Shown here one piece after another: positions 9,499 to 18,247 of a DNA stretch of 64,000 nucleotides; the stretch's first letter is position 1, and each line of letters starts with the position of its first letter. The stretch lies in the sequence record NC_014260.1; one strand, written 5' to 3'. The notes under the pieces are model-generated. The model was given only the letters and a program-made list of their open reading frames with translations, was not told the origin of the DNA and ran no database searches. The stretch is from Escherichia phage IME08. Position numbers and translations under genes: made by a program.

Positions 9499-9677
9499 AA
9501 TTTAATTTCCTTAGCTATCGAACAAAACAAACTACGGTCACATACCATCAATGGAATATTTCTATGGTCTAGTACACGATACCATACGTCTGAATCGCTA
9601 GCAGCAATTACACGAACCGCACGCCCATTTACCAAATAATACTGGTCGGCTTTAATTTCTTTATCTTGGATAGTCAT
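9495..9677 (-). CDS. Hypothetical protein
   Basis: 60-aa ORF, SD GAGGAG upstream, immediately downstream of an early promoter. Confidence 0.45.
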   Translation of the reverse strand: MTIQDKEIKADQYYLVNGRAVRVIAASDSDVWYRVLDHRNIPLMVCDRSLFCSIAKEIKL

Positions 9678-9706
9678 AATGTTCTCCTCATGTGTTGATA
9701 GGATAG

Positions 9707-9735
9707 ACTATAACATGTGAGGAGAGGAAGTAAAC
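9707..9735 (-). promoter_or_regulatory. T4-type early promoter
   Basis: Minus strand GTTTAC, 17-nt spacer, TATAGT, then CTATCCTATCAAC. Confidence 0.5.
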
Positions 9736-9736
9736 A

Positions 9737-10054
9737 CTAATCTTCAATTAAATCTCGGTCATAACCAAGTTCAATCAAAAGTGACTTAAAGGCAGGAATA
9801 TTTTCTATTTTCTTATTATCGACAAATATGACAGGATAGCGTATCGCTAAGCTCTTGAAGCCTGCACGTTTGGCCAATGATACTATAAGAGGCTTGTCAT
9901 ATACTGCGCCTGACGGCGTCTGATTAATCACAGGATAGAAAGTATGTGGGATAGAAAGGGAATTTAGGAGCGATAGAACAGCAATGCACCCTGGACAGCG
10001 CATGACTGTCTCAGGGATACCATAAATCTCAATTTTAGTTAACTTTTGGTCCAC
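9737..10054 (-). CDS. Glutaredoxin/NrdH-like thioredoxin-fold protein
   Basis: 105 aa with CPGC active-site-like motif after a beta strand (IEIYG) and a P-VIFVD element; occupies the T4 nrdH position between 55 and 49. Confidence 0.5.
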   Translation of the reverse strand: MDQKLTKIEIYGIPETVMRCPGCIAVLSLLNSLSIPHTFYPVINQTPSGAVYDKPLIVSLAKRAGFKSLAIRYPVIFVDNKKIENIPAFKSLLIELGYDRDLIED

Positions 10055-10331
10055 AGGAAATAACTCCTTGGTAGTCCCAGGTTTTTAGAACTTCGTCTTC
10101 ATTAGTTCCGTATGGAACGTAAACCTGTACAAGGAACCCGGTATCATCAAAAGAGAAGTAGACAGTAGGTTTAATACCATGAATCTCTGACAGAGCATAG
10201 ATGTCCTTGAGGTCGTCTTCCTTACCTTTAAAGAATTCCGGGTTCAGGTCACAGTCATGGAAGTACCAATCATCACCGAATTTGTCCCAGGCGGTCCAAT
10301 TGGTAGCTACATACTCTTCAAAACGTTTCAT
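10035..10331 (-). CDS. Hypothetical acidic protein
   Basis: 98-aa ORF. Confidence 0.45.
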   Translation of the reverse strand: MKRFEEYVATNWTAWDKFGDDWYFHDCDLNPEFFKGKEDDLKDIYALSEIHGIKPTVYFSFDDTGFLVQVYVPYGTNEDEVLKTWDYQGVISCGPKVN

Positions 10332-10555
10332 TCTTTCACCTTCATCATTTTAGAAATAACACCGTGAACAGCCTGGATTCGTTTTTCGAACTCAGACCCT
10401 TCAAGACCTTTTTCAGTACTCAGGGCACCGATAATAACAAACAGTAATCCAAACGGGATGACCAGGATTAAAAGGCATACGATAAACAGGGCAAATGTAA
10501 TATTGGCCAGGATATCGGAAACAGCATTACGAAATTTGTTCATTAAAGAACCCAC
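10328..10555 (-). CDS. Small membrane protein (two predicted TM helices)
   Basis: 75-aa ORF, hydrophobic core LANITFALFIVCLLILVIPFGLLFVIIGAL. Confidence 0.45.
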   Translation of the reverse strand: MGSLMNKFRNAVSDILANITFALFIVCLLILVIPFGLLFVIIGALSTEKGLEGSEFEKRIQAVHGVISKMMKVKE

Positions 10556-10664
10556 ATGTTAGTTACAACAAATAACCATTGAGCAGGATACTCAACACCC
10601 ATAATACGCACCGCATCGTTCAGAGATTCGGTTAAAGCATAAAATGTGTAGCCATAAAAATTAA

Positions 10665-11138
10665 TCATTTAAGCGATTTCCTCAGTTGTTTTTTAAACGA
10701 ATCGACCATTTGTTTCTTAGTAGCAGATTCATTATAAGTCATTCCATGTGAAAGCATTTCAGCAATCATTTCTTCCTTACCCAACCTGCTGAACTCTTTG
10801 GTTTTATCGGGAACGAAATTAGGATGAATATTGTTTTCAGTATAATCAGCTTTCAGATAGACCAGCAAATTCTCTAACCATTCGAGGTAGTCAACGTTTT
10901 GACCTTTAAGACCAGAACGGTTGAACTTATGCTTCATTTGTCCTTCTGCAGCATTGCACAGGTTACATAGTAAACCACGAACCTTACCGGCTTTTGGCCC
11001 GTTTAACTCGTGGTCGTGGTCAAGGTGGTTACTTTGAACATCAGGGTTTAATTCACGTTTACAAATCAAACACTTACCACATTGTGCATCATAAAGTTTT
11101 TGTTTTTCTTCTTTGTATAATTTGCCGGTCAACAACAT
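10665..11138 (-). CDS. 49: Endonuclease VII (Holliday-junction resolvase) gp49
   Basis: 157 aa, identical length to T4 gp49 and near-identical sequence MLLTGKLYKEEKQK.YDAQ.GKCLIC.RELNPDVQ.NHLDHDHELNGPKAGKVRGLLCNLCNAAEGQMKHKF. Confidence 0.93.
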   Translation of the reverse strand: MLLTGKLYKEEKQKLYDAQCGKCLICKRELNPDVQSNHLDHDHELNGPKAGKVRGLLCNLCNAAEGQMKHKFNRSGLKGQNVDYLEWLENLLVYLKADYTENNIHPNFVPDKTKEFSRLGKEEMIAEMLSHGMTYNESATKKQMVDSFKKQLRKSLK

Positions 11139-11270
11139 AATAAACCCTTACCATTATTAGATAAGGGTATTTATTAATATCCTAATAGTTTAGCAGTGCA
11201 ACTTAGCACTAACAACAATCCGAATAAAACAACTCCTACCCAAAATACCGTAATAAGAGCATCCATATCA

Positions 11271-11444
11271 GACCCCATAGAACGAACGATGCAAACGTTT
11301 GAATTGACGAATCATCTTTTTAGTAGGACGGGTGTATAATCCTACACAGGTGGCCATAAACTGGTCGGTAGGACTTCCTTTGATAAGAAGTTTCCAGACC
11401 TTACCACCATTCAACTTTTCGGTATAGACTAATTTAGTTTTCAT
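11271..11444 (-). CDS. Hypothetical small protein (57 aa, below the ORF-track cutoff)
   Basis: ATG overlapping the upstream stop (TGATG coupling); translation MKTKLVYTEKLNGGKVWKLLIKG...; coordinates approximate. Confidence 0.3.
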
Positions 11445-11659
11445 CAGAACGCCTCGTCGGAAAAGCGAAGTTGAGCTTCAAGCCAATGAATATAATCGGC
11501 TGCAGCTTTAATCAAATCGGATTCTAAGTCAGGTAAAGAACCCGAATCCGACAATTCGTAAAGCGAATGTTCAATCAGACGGCCTTTATGACGGCCAACT
11601 TCAATTTTGGTACCCATATCCAAACTCCATATCGATGAAATCATTGTTTGAAGGTTCAT
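11444..11659 (-). CDS. Hypothetical protein
   Basis: 71-aa track ORF; the true start is probably an internal Met because the -10 of the upstream promoter overlaps the first ATG. Confidence 0.4.
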   Translation of the reverse strand: MNLQTMISSIWSLDMGTKIEVGRHKGRLIEHSLYELSDSGSLPDLESDLIKAAADYIHWLEAQLRFSDEAF

Positions 11660-11686
11660 TATACTCTATTTCGGAATCGTTGTAAA
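11657..11686 (-). promoter_or_regulatory. T4-type early promoter
   Basis: Minus strand GTTTAC, 18-nt spacer, TATAAT. Confidence 0.45.
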
Positions 11687-11733
11687 CCGGTTCCTCTGGC
11701 TCGGTAGTTTTCCACCGAGCGACATACCATGGC

Positions 11734-12042
11734 TTAACGGTCACACCACCAACTACTTACTTCAAAATCAGGTTCACCGTGTTCCCAGTACCAAGGGCCG
11801 ACTGGATGCCAATCGCCATGTTCATCTTCTTCAAATTCTTCAGATTCAAGCCCAACATATTGCCATTGGACTTCATAAGCGGTGCCACCTATTACAACGG
11901 TGTTCTCGCCATATGGGTGAGCTACAGCAAAGTCTATACCTTCTGCTTTAGCCAACCAAACCATATATTCGTATAGTTTATATTCCAGGTCATCTTCGGT
12001 GCCATCACCTAGAAAAATGGTTTGTTCGTTTAATTCAATCAT
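11734..12042 (-). CDS. Hypothetical acidic Trp-rich protein
   Basis: 102-aa ORF. Confidence 0.45.
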   Translation of the reverse strand: MIELNEQTIFLGDGTEDDLEYKLYEYMVWLAKAEGIDFAVAHPYGENTVVIGGTAYEVQWQYVGLESEEFEEDEHGDWHPVGPWYWEHGEPDFEVSSWWCDR

Positions 12043-12215
12043 AATTCCACCATAAATTCAAATAGCTGGTCACGTACACAAGTATCAGTCCAGCCCCATT
12101 CGTTGGCTTCTTCTTTTAACCAATCCGGGAGATTTGCCAATACGGTTTCTTTACTAGGCGCAGGAGTATCAAACTCACTTGCGCAGGTTCCATAAGCTAT
12201 ATCAAATTCAGTCAT
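12039..12215 (-). CDS. Hypothetical protein
   Basis: Track ORF 12039-12284; likely start at MTEFDIAYG, with ATGA overlap onto the upstream small ORF. Confidence 0.4.
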   Translation of the reverse strand: MTEFDIAYGTCASEFDTPAPSKETVLANLPDWLKEEANEWGWTDTCVRDQLFEFMVEL

Positions 12216-12379
12216 TTGAAGTTCCAGAATGAAGCACCAACCAGAAATAAAGGCCAACAAATCATAGACGTCAGCCACCAACAAAAGTCACCTGCACCGA
12301 AATCATCTAATTTAGCTAGGGTCTTAGCATAACCAATACCGATGATAAGATACAAAATACCCAACAATAATTCAATCAT
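12212..12379 (-). CDS. Small hydrophobic protein (55 aa, below the ORF-track cutoff)
   Basis: ATG overlaps the nrdC stop (ATGA); translation MIELLLGILYLIIGIGYAKTLAKLDDFGAGDFCWWLTSMICWPLFLVGASFWNFK; coordinates approximate. Confidence 0.35.
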   Translation of the reverse strand: MIELLLGILYLIIGIGYAKTLAKLDDFGAGDFCWWLTSMICWPLFLVGASFWNFK

Positions 12380-12639
12380 TTGAAATACGCTCGCAGTTGG
12401 TCAAAGCCGCCAATAGAAGTTCCGTCTGGAGCAAATACCTGAGGCATAGTCAAACCTACCTGAGATTCACGTCCAAGAGCAGCCAGGAGTTCAGCAATCT
12501 TCTCATCATCAAATACGCCTTTTTCCGGCATCACGTTAATGAATTCGTAAGGTTGTTTCTTAACATCAAGCAGACGTTTGGCGTTATCACAGAAAACACA
12601 ACGGTGGATATTTGAATCGTAACCATAAACTTTAAACAT
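12376..12639 (-). CDS. nrdC: Thioredoxin/glutaredoxin NrdC
   Basis: 87 aa; MFKVYGYDSNIHRCVFCDNAKRLL...GGFDQLRAYFK closely matches T4 NrdC (CVYC active site). Confidence 0.88.
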   Translation of the reverse strand: MFKVYGYDSNIHRCVFCDNAKRLLDVKKQPYEFINVMPEKGVFDDEKIAELLAALGRESQVGLTMPQVFAPDGTSIGGFDQLRAYFK

Positions 12640-12640
12640 T

Positions 12641-12877
12641 TTAAATTCCTAATATTTGTTTGAATGCTTCAGAACGGTCAAGTTCTGTTCCATATTTTTC
12701 CATGTGCTCATATTTTAAATCATACACATCAGATAGTACATTATTATATGAGCGAGTTAAAGCAGATTTCAATACTGAATAACTGTCCGGGAATTTACCA
12801 TGCTCTTTATAATAAGCTACGGTGAGTTCGCGGACTGCCTTATCGGCAGCCTCTACATATTCTTTACGCTTTGCCAT
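12641..12877 (-). CDS. Hypothetical protein
   Basis: Internal Met ([10 protein letters not shown]) of track ORF 12641-12991; the N-terminal part overlaps the better-supported ORF 12864-13175. Confidence 0.35.
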   Translation of the reverse strand: MAKRKEYVEAADKAVRELTVAYYKEHGKFPDSYSVLKSALTRSYNNVLSDVYDLKYEHMEKYGTELDRSEAFKQILGI

Positions 12878-13175
12878 TTTCGTCTCGCTCAAATTTGTGT
12901 TTACAATGGCGGCATTTGTAACGAAGATTACTAGTCTGCCAATGGACCAATTGGACCTGTTCTGTACCACACTCAGGACAGTTAGGAACATCCTTAGAAG
13001 CTTGTTCTCGTCGTGCGACCATAGCCATTACAGCATCCCAATTAACGGCATCACCATAATCATCACAACCATGAATTTTACCAACCAATTCAACTTCAAC
13101 ATCCGCGGCTTTAATAAATTTCAATAAACCGGTATTAGATGCTGAAGCAATATCTTCAGCTAAACGTTGTTTCAT
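12864..13175 (-). CDS. Hypothetical zinc-ribbon protein
   Basis: 103 aa with CPECGTEQ...CRHCKHKF (C-x2-C...C-x2-C). Confidence 0.45.
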   Translation of the reverse strand: MKQRLAEDIASASNTGLLKFIKAADVEVELVGKIHGCDDYGDAVNWDAVMAMVARREQASKDVPNCPECGTEQVQLVHWQTSNLRYKCRHCKHKFERDENGKA

Positions 13176-14182
13176 TTCAGCAGCTCCAGAGCTTGTTCAA
13201 GACGGTCTAAACGATTGGTAGACTCTTCCCAAAGTTTCTTGGCGGCGGTATATTGGCCGGTCAGTTTTTTGTTAATAGCAAGGGCATCTTTATACGCTTT
13301 TTCTAAGGCCACGATTTCCGGTAACTTGGATTTAGTAATTGGTGTAGGGGCCATGATAGGGCTGTTCAAGTCGTTAATCAAATCTTCTAATGTAGCAGGC
13401 TCTTTATCAGTATTCACAATTTCCTCACATTTTTCTTGGTAAATTTCAGCGTCAGTTTTTGGAACGGTACATTTGATTTCACGGACTGTTACTAAAACTT
13501 CATATCCTTTCCAGCCTAAGTGATGTTTAACTTCTTGGGTCTCATATTTCTCTACGGTATCCATCAGAGCTAAAGCTTGTTCGATAGTATTCAAGGTATC
13601 GTAAGCAATATCTTGATACTTTACAACTTCCGCATCATCTTTAGGTTTCCTATTAGGTGACCAAATAACAGAAATAATAGCTTTTCCTTTATAACTATTT
13701 GTTTTAATCATGCAATTGGCCATCGGGTGAATAGTACGACAATCACCGGAAACTATAGTTTTAGAGGCCGCTTTGAGAATTAATGCAGAGTTAGCTTTGA
13801 ATTCGGTAACCCAACGTTGTGGAAATAAACTACTAGGGTCCATACCTTTAATTTTGATATAACTTTTTATGGTATCACCAAACCATTTGTAGCTAACAGC
13901 ATGGCTAGAACCCGGATGTTTCTCTTTGCCAAACTCTGAAAGGATGTCCTTATTGACCAGTCGCGAAAGCAGTCGAGAACCTTTAAATGTTTTAATGATA
14001 TCATGAATGCACAAACGGCCTGCAATCTTTTCGATTTCAGCTTTGAAACAGCGCGATAATGCATCATCAATTTGGTCGACCCATTTATTGATATTAGAAA
14101 CTATTACCACATATGGGGTTAATGGAGGGGTGTTGGCAGTGATATACGTAGTAAAGGCATTGATGTATTCAGTACGAGTCAT
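13172..14182 (-). CDS. Hypothetical protein (336 aa)
   Basis: Long ORF, SD GAGGAG, immediately downstream of an early promoter. Confidence 0.55.
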   Translation of the reverse strand: MTRTEYINAFTTYITANTPPLTPYVVIVSNINKWVDQIDDALSRCFKAEIEKIAGRLCIHDIIKTFKGSRLLSRLVNKDILSEFGKEKHPGSSHAVSYKWFGDTIKSYIKIKGMDPSSLFPQRWVTEFKANSALILKAASKTIVSGDCRTIHPMANCMIKTNSYKGKAIISVIWSPNRKPKDDAEVVKYQDIAYDTLNTIEQALALMDTVEKYETQEVKHHLGWKGYEVLVTVREIKCTVPKTDAEIYQEKCEEIVNTDKEPATLEDLINDLNSPIMAPTPITKSKLPEIVALEKAYKDALAINKKLTGQYTAAKKLWEESTNRLDRLEQALELLK

Positions 14183-14208
14183 GATATTCTCCTCAAGTTG
14201 ATAGAAAG

Positions 14209-14238
14209 ATTATACTCCATCCATCCTTGGATGTAAAC
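14209..14238 (-). promoter_or_regulatory. T4-type early promoter
   Basis: Minus strand GTTTAC, 18 nt, TATAAT, then CTTTCTATCAAC. Confidence 0.55.
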
Positions 14239-14239
14239 A

Positions 14240-15133
14240 TTATTTTAGAGCTAATACTGCGGCGCGGAGCTTGTCACGCTGGAGTTCCATGTTCTTGATG
14301 CGAATCAATACGTCTTGAATACTCTTTTTCTCATCTTCGATCTGACCATTTAAACGGTGGATTGATTCCTGGAGGTGGTCCTCATGATACTTCTCGATAG
14401 GTTTCATCGTAGGGTTAGTAACCACCATAGAATTCTCAGGCTTGATTTTCCACTGATACTGTTTGGAATTGAATGGACTAGGCACAGCCGTGGTTTTGAA
14501 TTTGTCATAGGCTGCATACTGGCCTACGCTGTCACATGATACTGCAGAGATACGTCGTTCCATTTGTGGGTCCTTTTGTTGGGATTGATAAGGGGCATAA
14601 GACAAAAGATATTCACGAGTTAGTTTAATATTAAAATAAACTGCATCAGCCCGACCAGAACAATCAGCGTATTCATCGGTTGTAACCTTATATGATTCTA
14701 CTGCCTTAATACGAGTCATTGCTTCTCTGAATAAGGTTTCAAATGCTCCACGAAGGGCCTTATTACCTTTTGAGGTAGGACGGAAACGAACTTGAATACC
14801 GTCAGCCAAAATATTAATGACTAGGTTACGAGCCGTAAAATTAATATTCTTGATATTGATATGAACCGTAGAAATACGTCCTGCGGTAGCCAAGAGGTCT
14901 TTGATATTAGCTCGTAATGTTGCACCGAACAGGTGGGCTGGGCAAAGGCAATAATCGTTCAAAGAACTAATATAAGTCCCTTTACGGCCTACGCCGTAAG
15001 TATAATTACCATTACAAATATGGCCAAAGTCGGCCAGACGGTCAATAGCGATACGACGTGTGGTATCAAAATCATATCGGGAATATTCTTTACGTGTTTT
15101 AATGTTCATATTAAAGTCCAAATAATTTTTCAT
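14240..15133 (-). CDS. Hypothetical protein (297 aa)
   Basis: Long ORF, same strand, tight packing. Confidence 0.5.
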   Translation of the reverse strand: MKNYLDFNMNIKTRKEYSRYDFDTTRRIAIDRLADFGHICNGNYTYGVGRKGTYISSLNDYCLCPAHLFGATLRANIKDLLATAGRISTVHINIKNINFTARNLVINILADGIQVRFRPTSKGNKALRGAFETLFREAMTRIKAVESYKVTTDEYADCSGRADAVYFNIKLTREYLLSYAPYQSQQKDPQMERRISAVSCDSVGQYAAYDKFKTTAVPSPFNSKQYQWKIKPENSMVVTNPTMKPIEKYHEDHLQESIHRLNGQIEDEKKSIQDVLIRIKNMELQRDKLRAAVLALK

Positions 15134-15317
15134 AGAGTTTAGCGATAGGCCAGGTTATAATAAAAACTATCCCAAACATAGCAAGAACTGGCCAGATAAA
15201 GGTGGCAAACACTGCTTCACCACCCGAGTTAATTTCCATATGATTGCGGCCAATAAGGACGGTAATGAATCCTATCACAAGGTATCCAAAAATAAAACTG
15301 ATAATTAAAGTAGCCAT
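15111..15317 (-). CDS. Small membrane protein (two TM helices)
   Basis: 68-aa hydrophobic ORF. Confidence 0.4.
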   Translation of the reverse strand: MATLIISFIFGYLVIGFITVLIGRNHMEINSGGEAVFATFIWPVLAMFGIVFIITWPIAKLYEKLFGL

Positions 15318-15318
15318 A

Positions 15319-16161
15319 TTAATCCTTAAGAAGATTTAGGATATCGATATATTTTTGACGTTCAGCCTTAGCTTTAGCGTTCAGACCGGAGAGTCGGAAA
15401 ATCTCATCATCTTGTTGTTGAATTGTAACATTCAAGCAAGTAAGCAAATTACTAAAATACTCAATCTGGGCTTGATGCTTCTCATTGCTGCGCACCGGCA
15501 CAGGTTCCGGTTTAGGAGCTTCTGAATGACTCTTAACTTCATTACCTGGCTTAACAAGTTTAATACGCCAGCCTGTACTGGTATTAACATTATCAAAGGT
15601 AAGAATACCGCTACGTTCGAGTTCGGACAAAGCCAGTCGAAGATGGAATTTCCAATTGTCATATTGACAACCACTAAAAGTTGAAGTAAGATACTCGTTT
15701 TCGTTACCTGGTTGGTTGACAATATTAAAGATAATCCAATCGCCTGAACCATTAGTCTTAAATGGCATTTGCTTATCTTTACCTAAAGCCAGACGAGCAC
15801 CCAGTGCTAGTAAACGACGTTGGTTAGTACGAAGGTCTTTAACAACTTCATCAAATGACATCGCCGGGATTAAACGACCATAGAGGTCATAGCCTTTGTT
15901 ATAATTTCTAAGAATAATTCTGGCGTTAGCACGAGTCAACATACCGGCCCTGTGAAGAGATTTCATGACTCGGTCTTCTAACGTAAACAAACCTTTAGTC
16001 TTGTCAAAGATTTTAGTGAATTCATCTACAGAAATACAAACTTCAAACTTTTCCCACATCATGGCCAAAACCTTTTCAACCACTTCTTTATTCAGTGGAA
16101 TACGACCAAATTTAATAACCTTTTTAACTTCAGAACGAATTTGATTAATTGCCTGTGACAT
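15319..16161 (-). CDS. Hypothetical protein (280 aa; N-terminus MSQAINQI)
   Basis: Long ORF; its leader, SD and first codons are nearly identical to those of the gene at 8210-8539. Confidence 0.5.
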   Translation of the reverse strand: MSQAINQIRSEVKKVIKFGRIPLNKEVVEKVLAMMWEKFEVCISVDEFTKIFDKTKGLFTLEDRVMKSLHRAGMLTRANARIILRNYNKGYDLYGRLIPAMSFDEVVKDLRTNQRRLLALGARLALGKDKQMPFKTNGSGDWIIFNIVNQPGNENEYLTSTFSGCQYDNWKFHLRLALSELERSGILTFDNVNTSTGWRIKLVKPGNEVKSHSEAPKPEPVPVRSNEKHQAQIEYFSNLLTCLNVTIQQQDDEIFRLSGLNAKAKAERQKYIDILNLLKD

Positions 16162-16224
16162 AATAATTTCCTCAGTAAGTAATTAAGAACCTAGAACCAT
16201 TATACCATCCTTGGTATAAAGCGT

Positions 16225-16749
16225 TTATGCGAGAACCGTCTTTAAACGCTCTTCAAATTTCTGAAGCAGAGCTTGGCGTTCAGCTCGTTGTGATTTGTAC
16301 TGCTCGATACGACCTGAAGTGAGGGCGTACTGTTCGTTTACTGATTCCCGCATGAATTCAGGAATCTCTTTACAAGCTTTTATTTCGTCAAACTTATCAA
16401 TAACCGCTTGTTCCTCGGCAATCAGATTATCGAAATAAGCGATATCAGATTTAACGTTTGCCAGGTCAGATTCAGTAGGCATTAAACGTTTGTTACGTTC
16501 AGCTTGATAAGCTTGATTGGTTTCACGACTCCAGTGAAGAGTACGTTTTTTGTTAGTGTTTTTATAGAGCTCTACAATACCAACTGAATCGATGACTGCA
16601 ATCCAGTTCCAACGGCTTTTGTAAATCTCTCCTCCAGATACGGTAATCTCATTACCACAAGCAACGTCGTTAAAGAACTTGCTTTGTTTTTCAGATTTGA
16701 AATTACCGTTGTTGAAATTAATCAGTGAAAAAATATCTTTAGCGTTCAT
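16225..16749 (-). CDS. Hypothetical protein (174 aa)
   Basis: ORF with SD GGAGG, directly downstream of an early promoter. Confidence 0.5.
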   Translation of the reverse strand: MNAKDIFSLINFNNGNFKSEKQSKFFNDVACGNEITVSGGEIYKSRWNWIAVIDSVGIVELYKNTNKKRTLHWSRETNQAYQAERNKRLMPTESDLANVKSDIAYFDNLIAEEQAVIDKFDEIKACKEIPEFMRESVNEQYALTSGRIEQYKSQRAERQALLQKFEERLKTVLA

Positions 16750-16775
16750 GATAACCTCCAGTAGTTGATAGGTCT

Positions 16776-16804
16776 ATAGTATCATTTCTACCGGAGATGT
16801 AAAC
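16776..16804 (-). promoter_or_regulatory. T4-type early promoter (PeSL-like cassette)
   Basis: Minus strand GTTTAC, 17 nt, TACTAT, then AGACCTATCAAC. Confidence 0.6.
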
Positions 16805-16806
16805 AA

Positions 16807-17148
16807 CTAATAGAAACTTTTTTCACCTGCTTGTCCACTAAACCACGCTGATTGGGTGTTCTCTTTCCGTTGATGTTCAATACGAATGCGATATTCATTC
16901 CTGATGGCGCAGAGTTCACCTCGGAAGTCGCCTGTCAACTTTACCTGCTTGTGGTCTAGATTTATTAAGGCCTGGGTCTTCGCGGCCAGGAGCAGTCTCT
17001 TGTAGTCTCCTTCTTCACAATCAGTTTTATAAACTCTATTAGTATATCCATCGATAAGTTCTTTATCATAGTCCTCGACAGACTGTTTCATGGCTTTGGA
17101 AAAAGTCTGACCTGCGTTATAAAGATTGTAACTAAATTGTTCGAACAT
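16807..17148 (-). CDS. Hypothetical protein (113 aa)
   Basis: ORF with SD AAGGTGA. Confidence 0.45.
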   Translation of the reverse strand: MFEQFSYNLYNAGQTFSKAMKQSVEDYDKELIDGYTNRVYKTDCEEGDYKRLLLAAKTQALINLDHKQVKLTGDFRGELCAIRNEYRIRIEHQRKENTQSAWFSGQAGEKSFY

Positions 17149-17158
17149 AATTTCACCT

Positions 17159-18139
17159 TTATTTCAGAAGTGTAACTTCAGCGATTTCGTTCCAGTCATT
17201 TTTATCGGTGGCAATGAAGTCCGCCAGATAAAGAGCTGTACGTAATGATACGTTACGAAGACGAGATACATTAGCCTTCATCCATGCTAAAGCTTGATAA
17301 GTCTCAGCATCAGTCAGACCTCGATTTTGCATCATATCAGTAGACAGGATAACGTCTTCAACACGAACCATAATCTCTTCGTTCGAGTGAACTCCGAGGT
17401 CTAAGTAAACTGAACGAGATACTAAAGCCTGGAGGTGCGGAGCAAGTTTAGTTCCACGCTCTAATTCACGGTCAATATCTACGTTGGTGATGAACACGAT
17501 GGTGCCTTCGTATTCGAATTCTTTATCGATGTTTTTATCATCGAGGTAAGAACTTGAAGTGCTCCAGCACACCTTACGTTTTTCACCAGTATCCAATGCT
17601 GCTTTTAACAGGTTCAGGATATCCATATCAGAGAATACATCAACATCATCGATAAGAAGAACACTATTAGGGCCGCGGTTATTCCAAAGCTGCTCGTAAA
17701 GACCGATTCCACTAATCTTTCCGTTGATTGATTTATATTCGATAGTTTCATTTTCGTGGGCATTTTGTAATGCTTTATCCAAAGAATACGTTTTACCAAT
17801 ACCTGCGGCACCAGAGATGATAAGGGAACGAATTTTACCATCGATGATTCCGTTGGTCATCATGTTCATTACTTTAAAACGTTTGTTGATGCGATGTTTC
17901 ATTTCTTCGGCGGATTCAGTAACCATTGCAGGAGCTTCAGCACCTTCCATTTCAACGTCACATTTGAACACCCATACACCACGTTCAACACCATCAATCT
18001 GTACGAATACCTTACCATCACCGAGATGAGCTTCGGATTCATGAATTTTATTAGGGAACCAGGTTTTACCTGAACTCATGAACGTACCAGAGATTTCATT
18101 ACCGCGATAGATACCTTTGTTGATTTTGATAGTTAACAT
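17159..18139 (-). CDS. P-loop ATPase (Walker A GAAGIGKT, Walker B LLIDDVD)
   Basis: Start placed at MLTIKINKG with SD GGAG, because an early promoter lies within the longer track ORF 17159-18226. Confidence 0.55.
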   Translation of the reverse strand: MLTIKINKGIYRGNEISGTFMSSGKTWFPNKIHESEAHLGDGKVFVQIDGVERGVWVFKCDVEMEGAEAPAMVTESAEEMKHRINKRFKVMNMMTNGIIDGKIRSLIISGAAGIGKTYSLDKALQNAHENETIEYKSINGKISGIGLYEQLWNNRGPNSVLLIDDVDVFSDMDILNLLKAALDTGEKRKVCWSTSSSYLDDKNIDKEFEYEGTIVFITNVDIDRELERGTKLAPHLQALVSRSVYLDLGVHSNEEIMVRVEDVILSTDMMQNRGLTDAETYQALAWMKANVSRLRNVSLRTALYLADFIATDKNDWNEIAEVTLLK

Positions 18140-18176
18140 TATATTCTCCGTTTCACTCAGTAGATTTGATAGGTCC

Positions 18177-18205
18177 ATAATAACATGCTCTACGAGGGTG
18201 TAAAC
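18177..18205 (-). promoter_or_regulatory. T4-type early promoter
   Basis: Minus strand GTTTAC, 17 nt, TATTAT, then GGACCTATCAAATC. Confidence 0.55.
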
Positions 18206-18224
18206 TCTTTTTTGCACTAAACCC

Positions 18225-18246
18225 AAAAAAGGCCCGAAGGCCTTTT
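18225..18246 (-). terminator. Rho-independent terminator (UUCG tetraloop hairpin)
   Basis: GGCC-UUCG-GGCC followed by UUUUUU on the minus-strand transcript, just after the stop of the 18248-19258 gene. Confidence 0.55.
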
Positions 18247-18247
18247 A

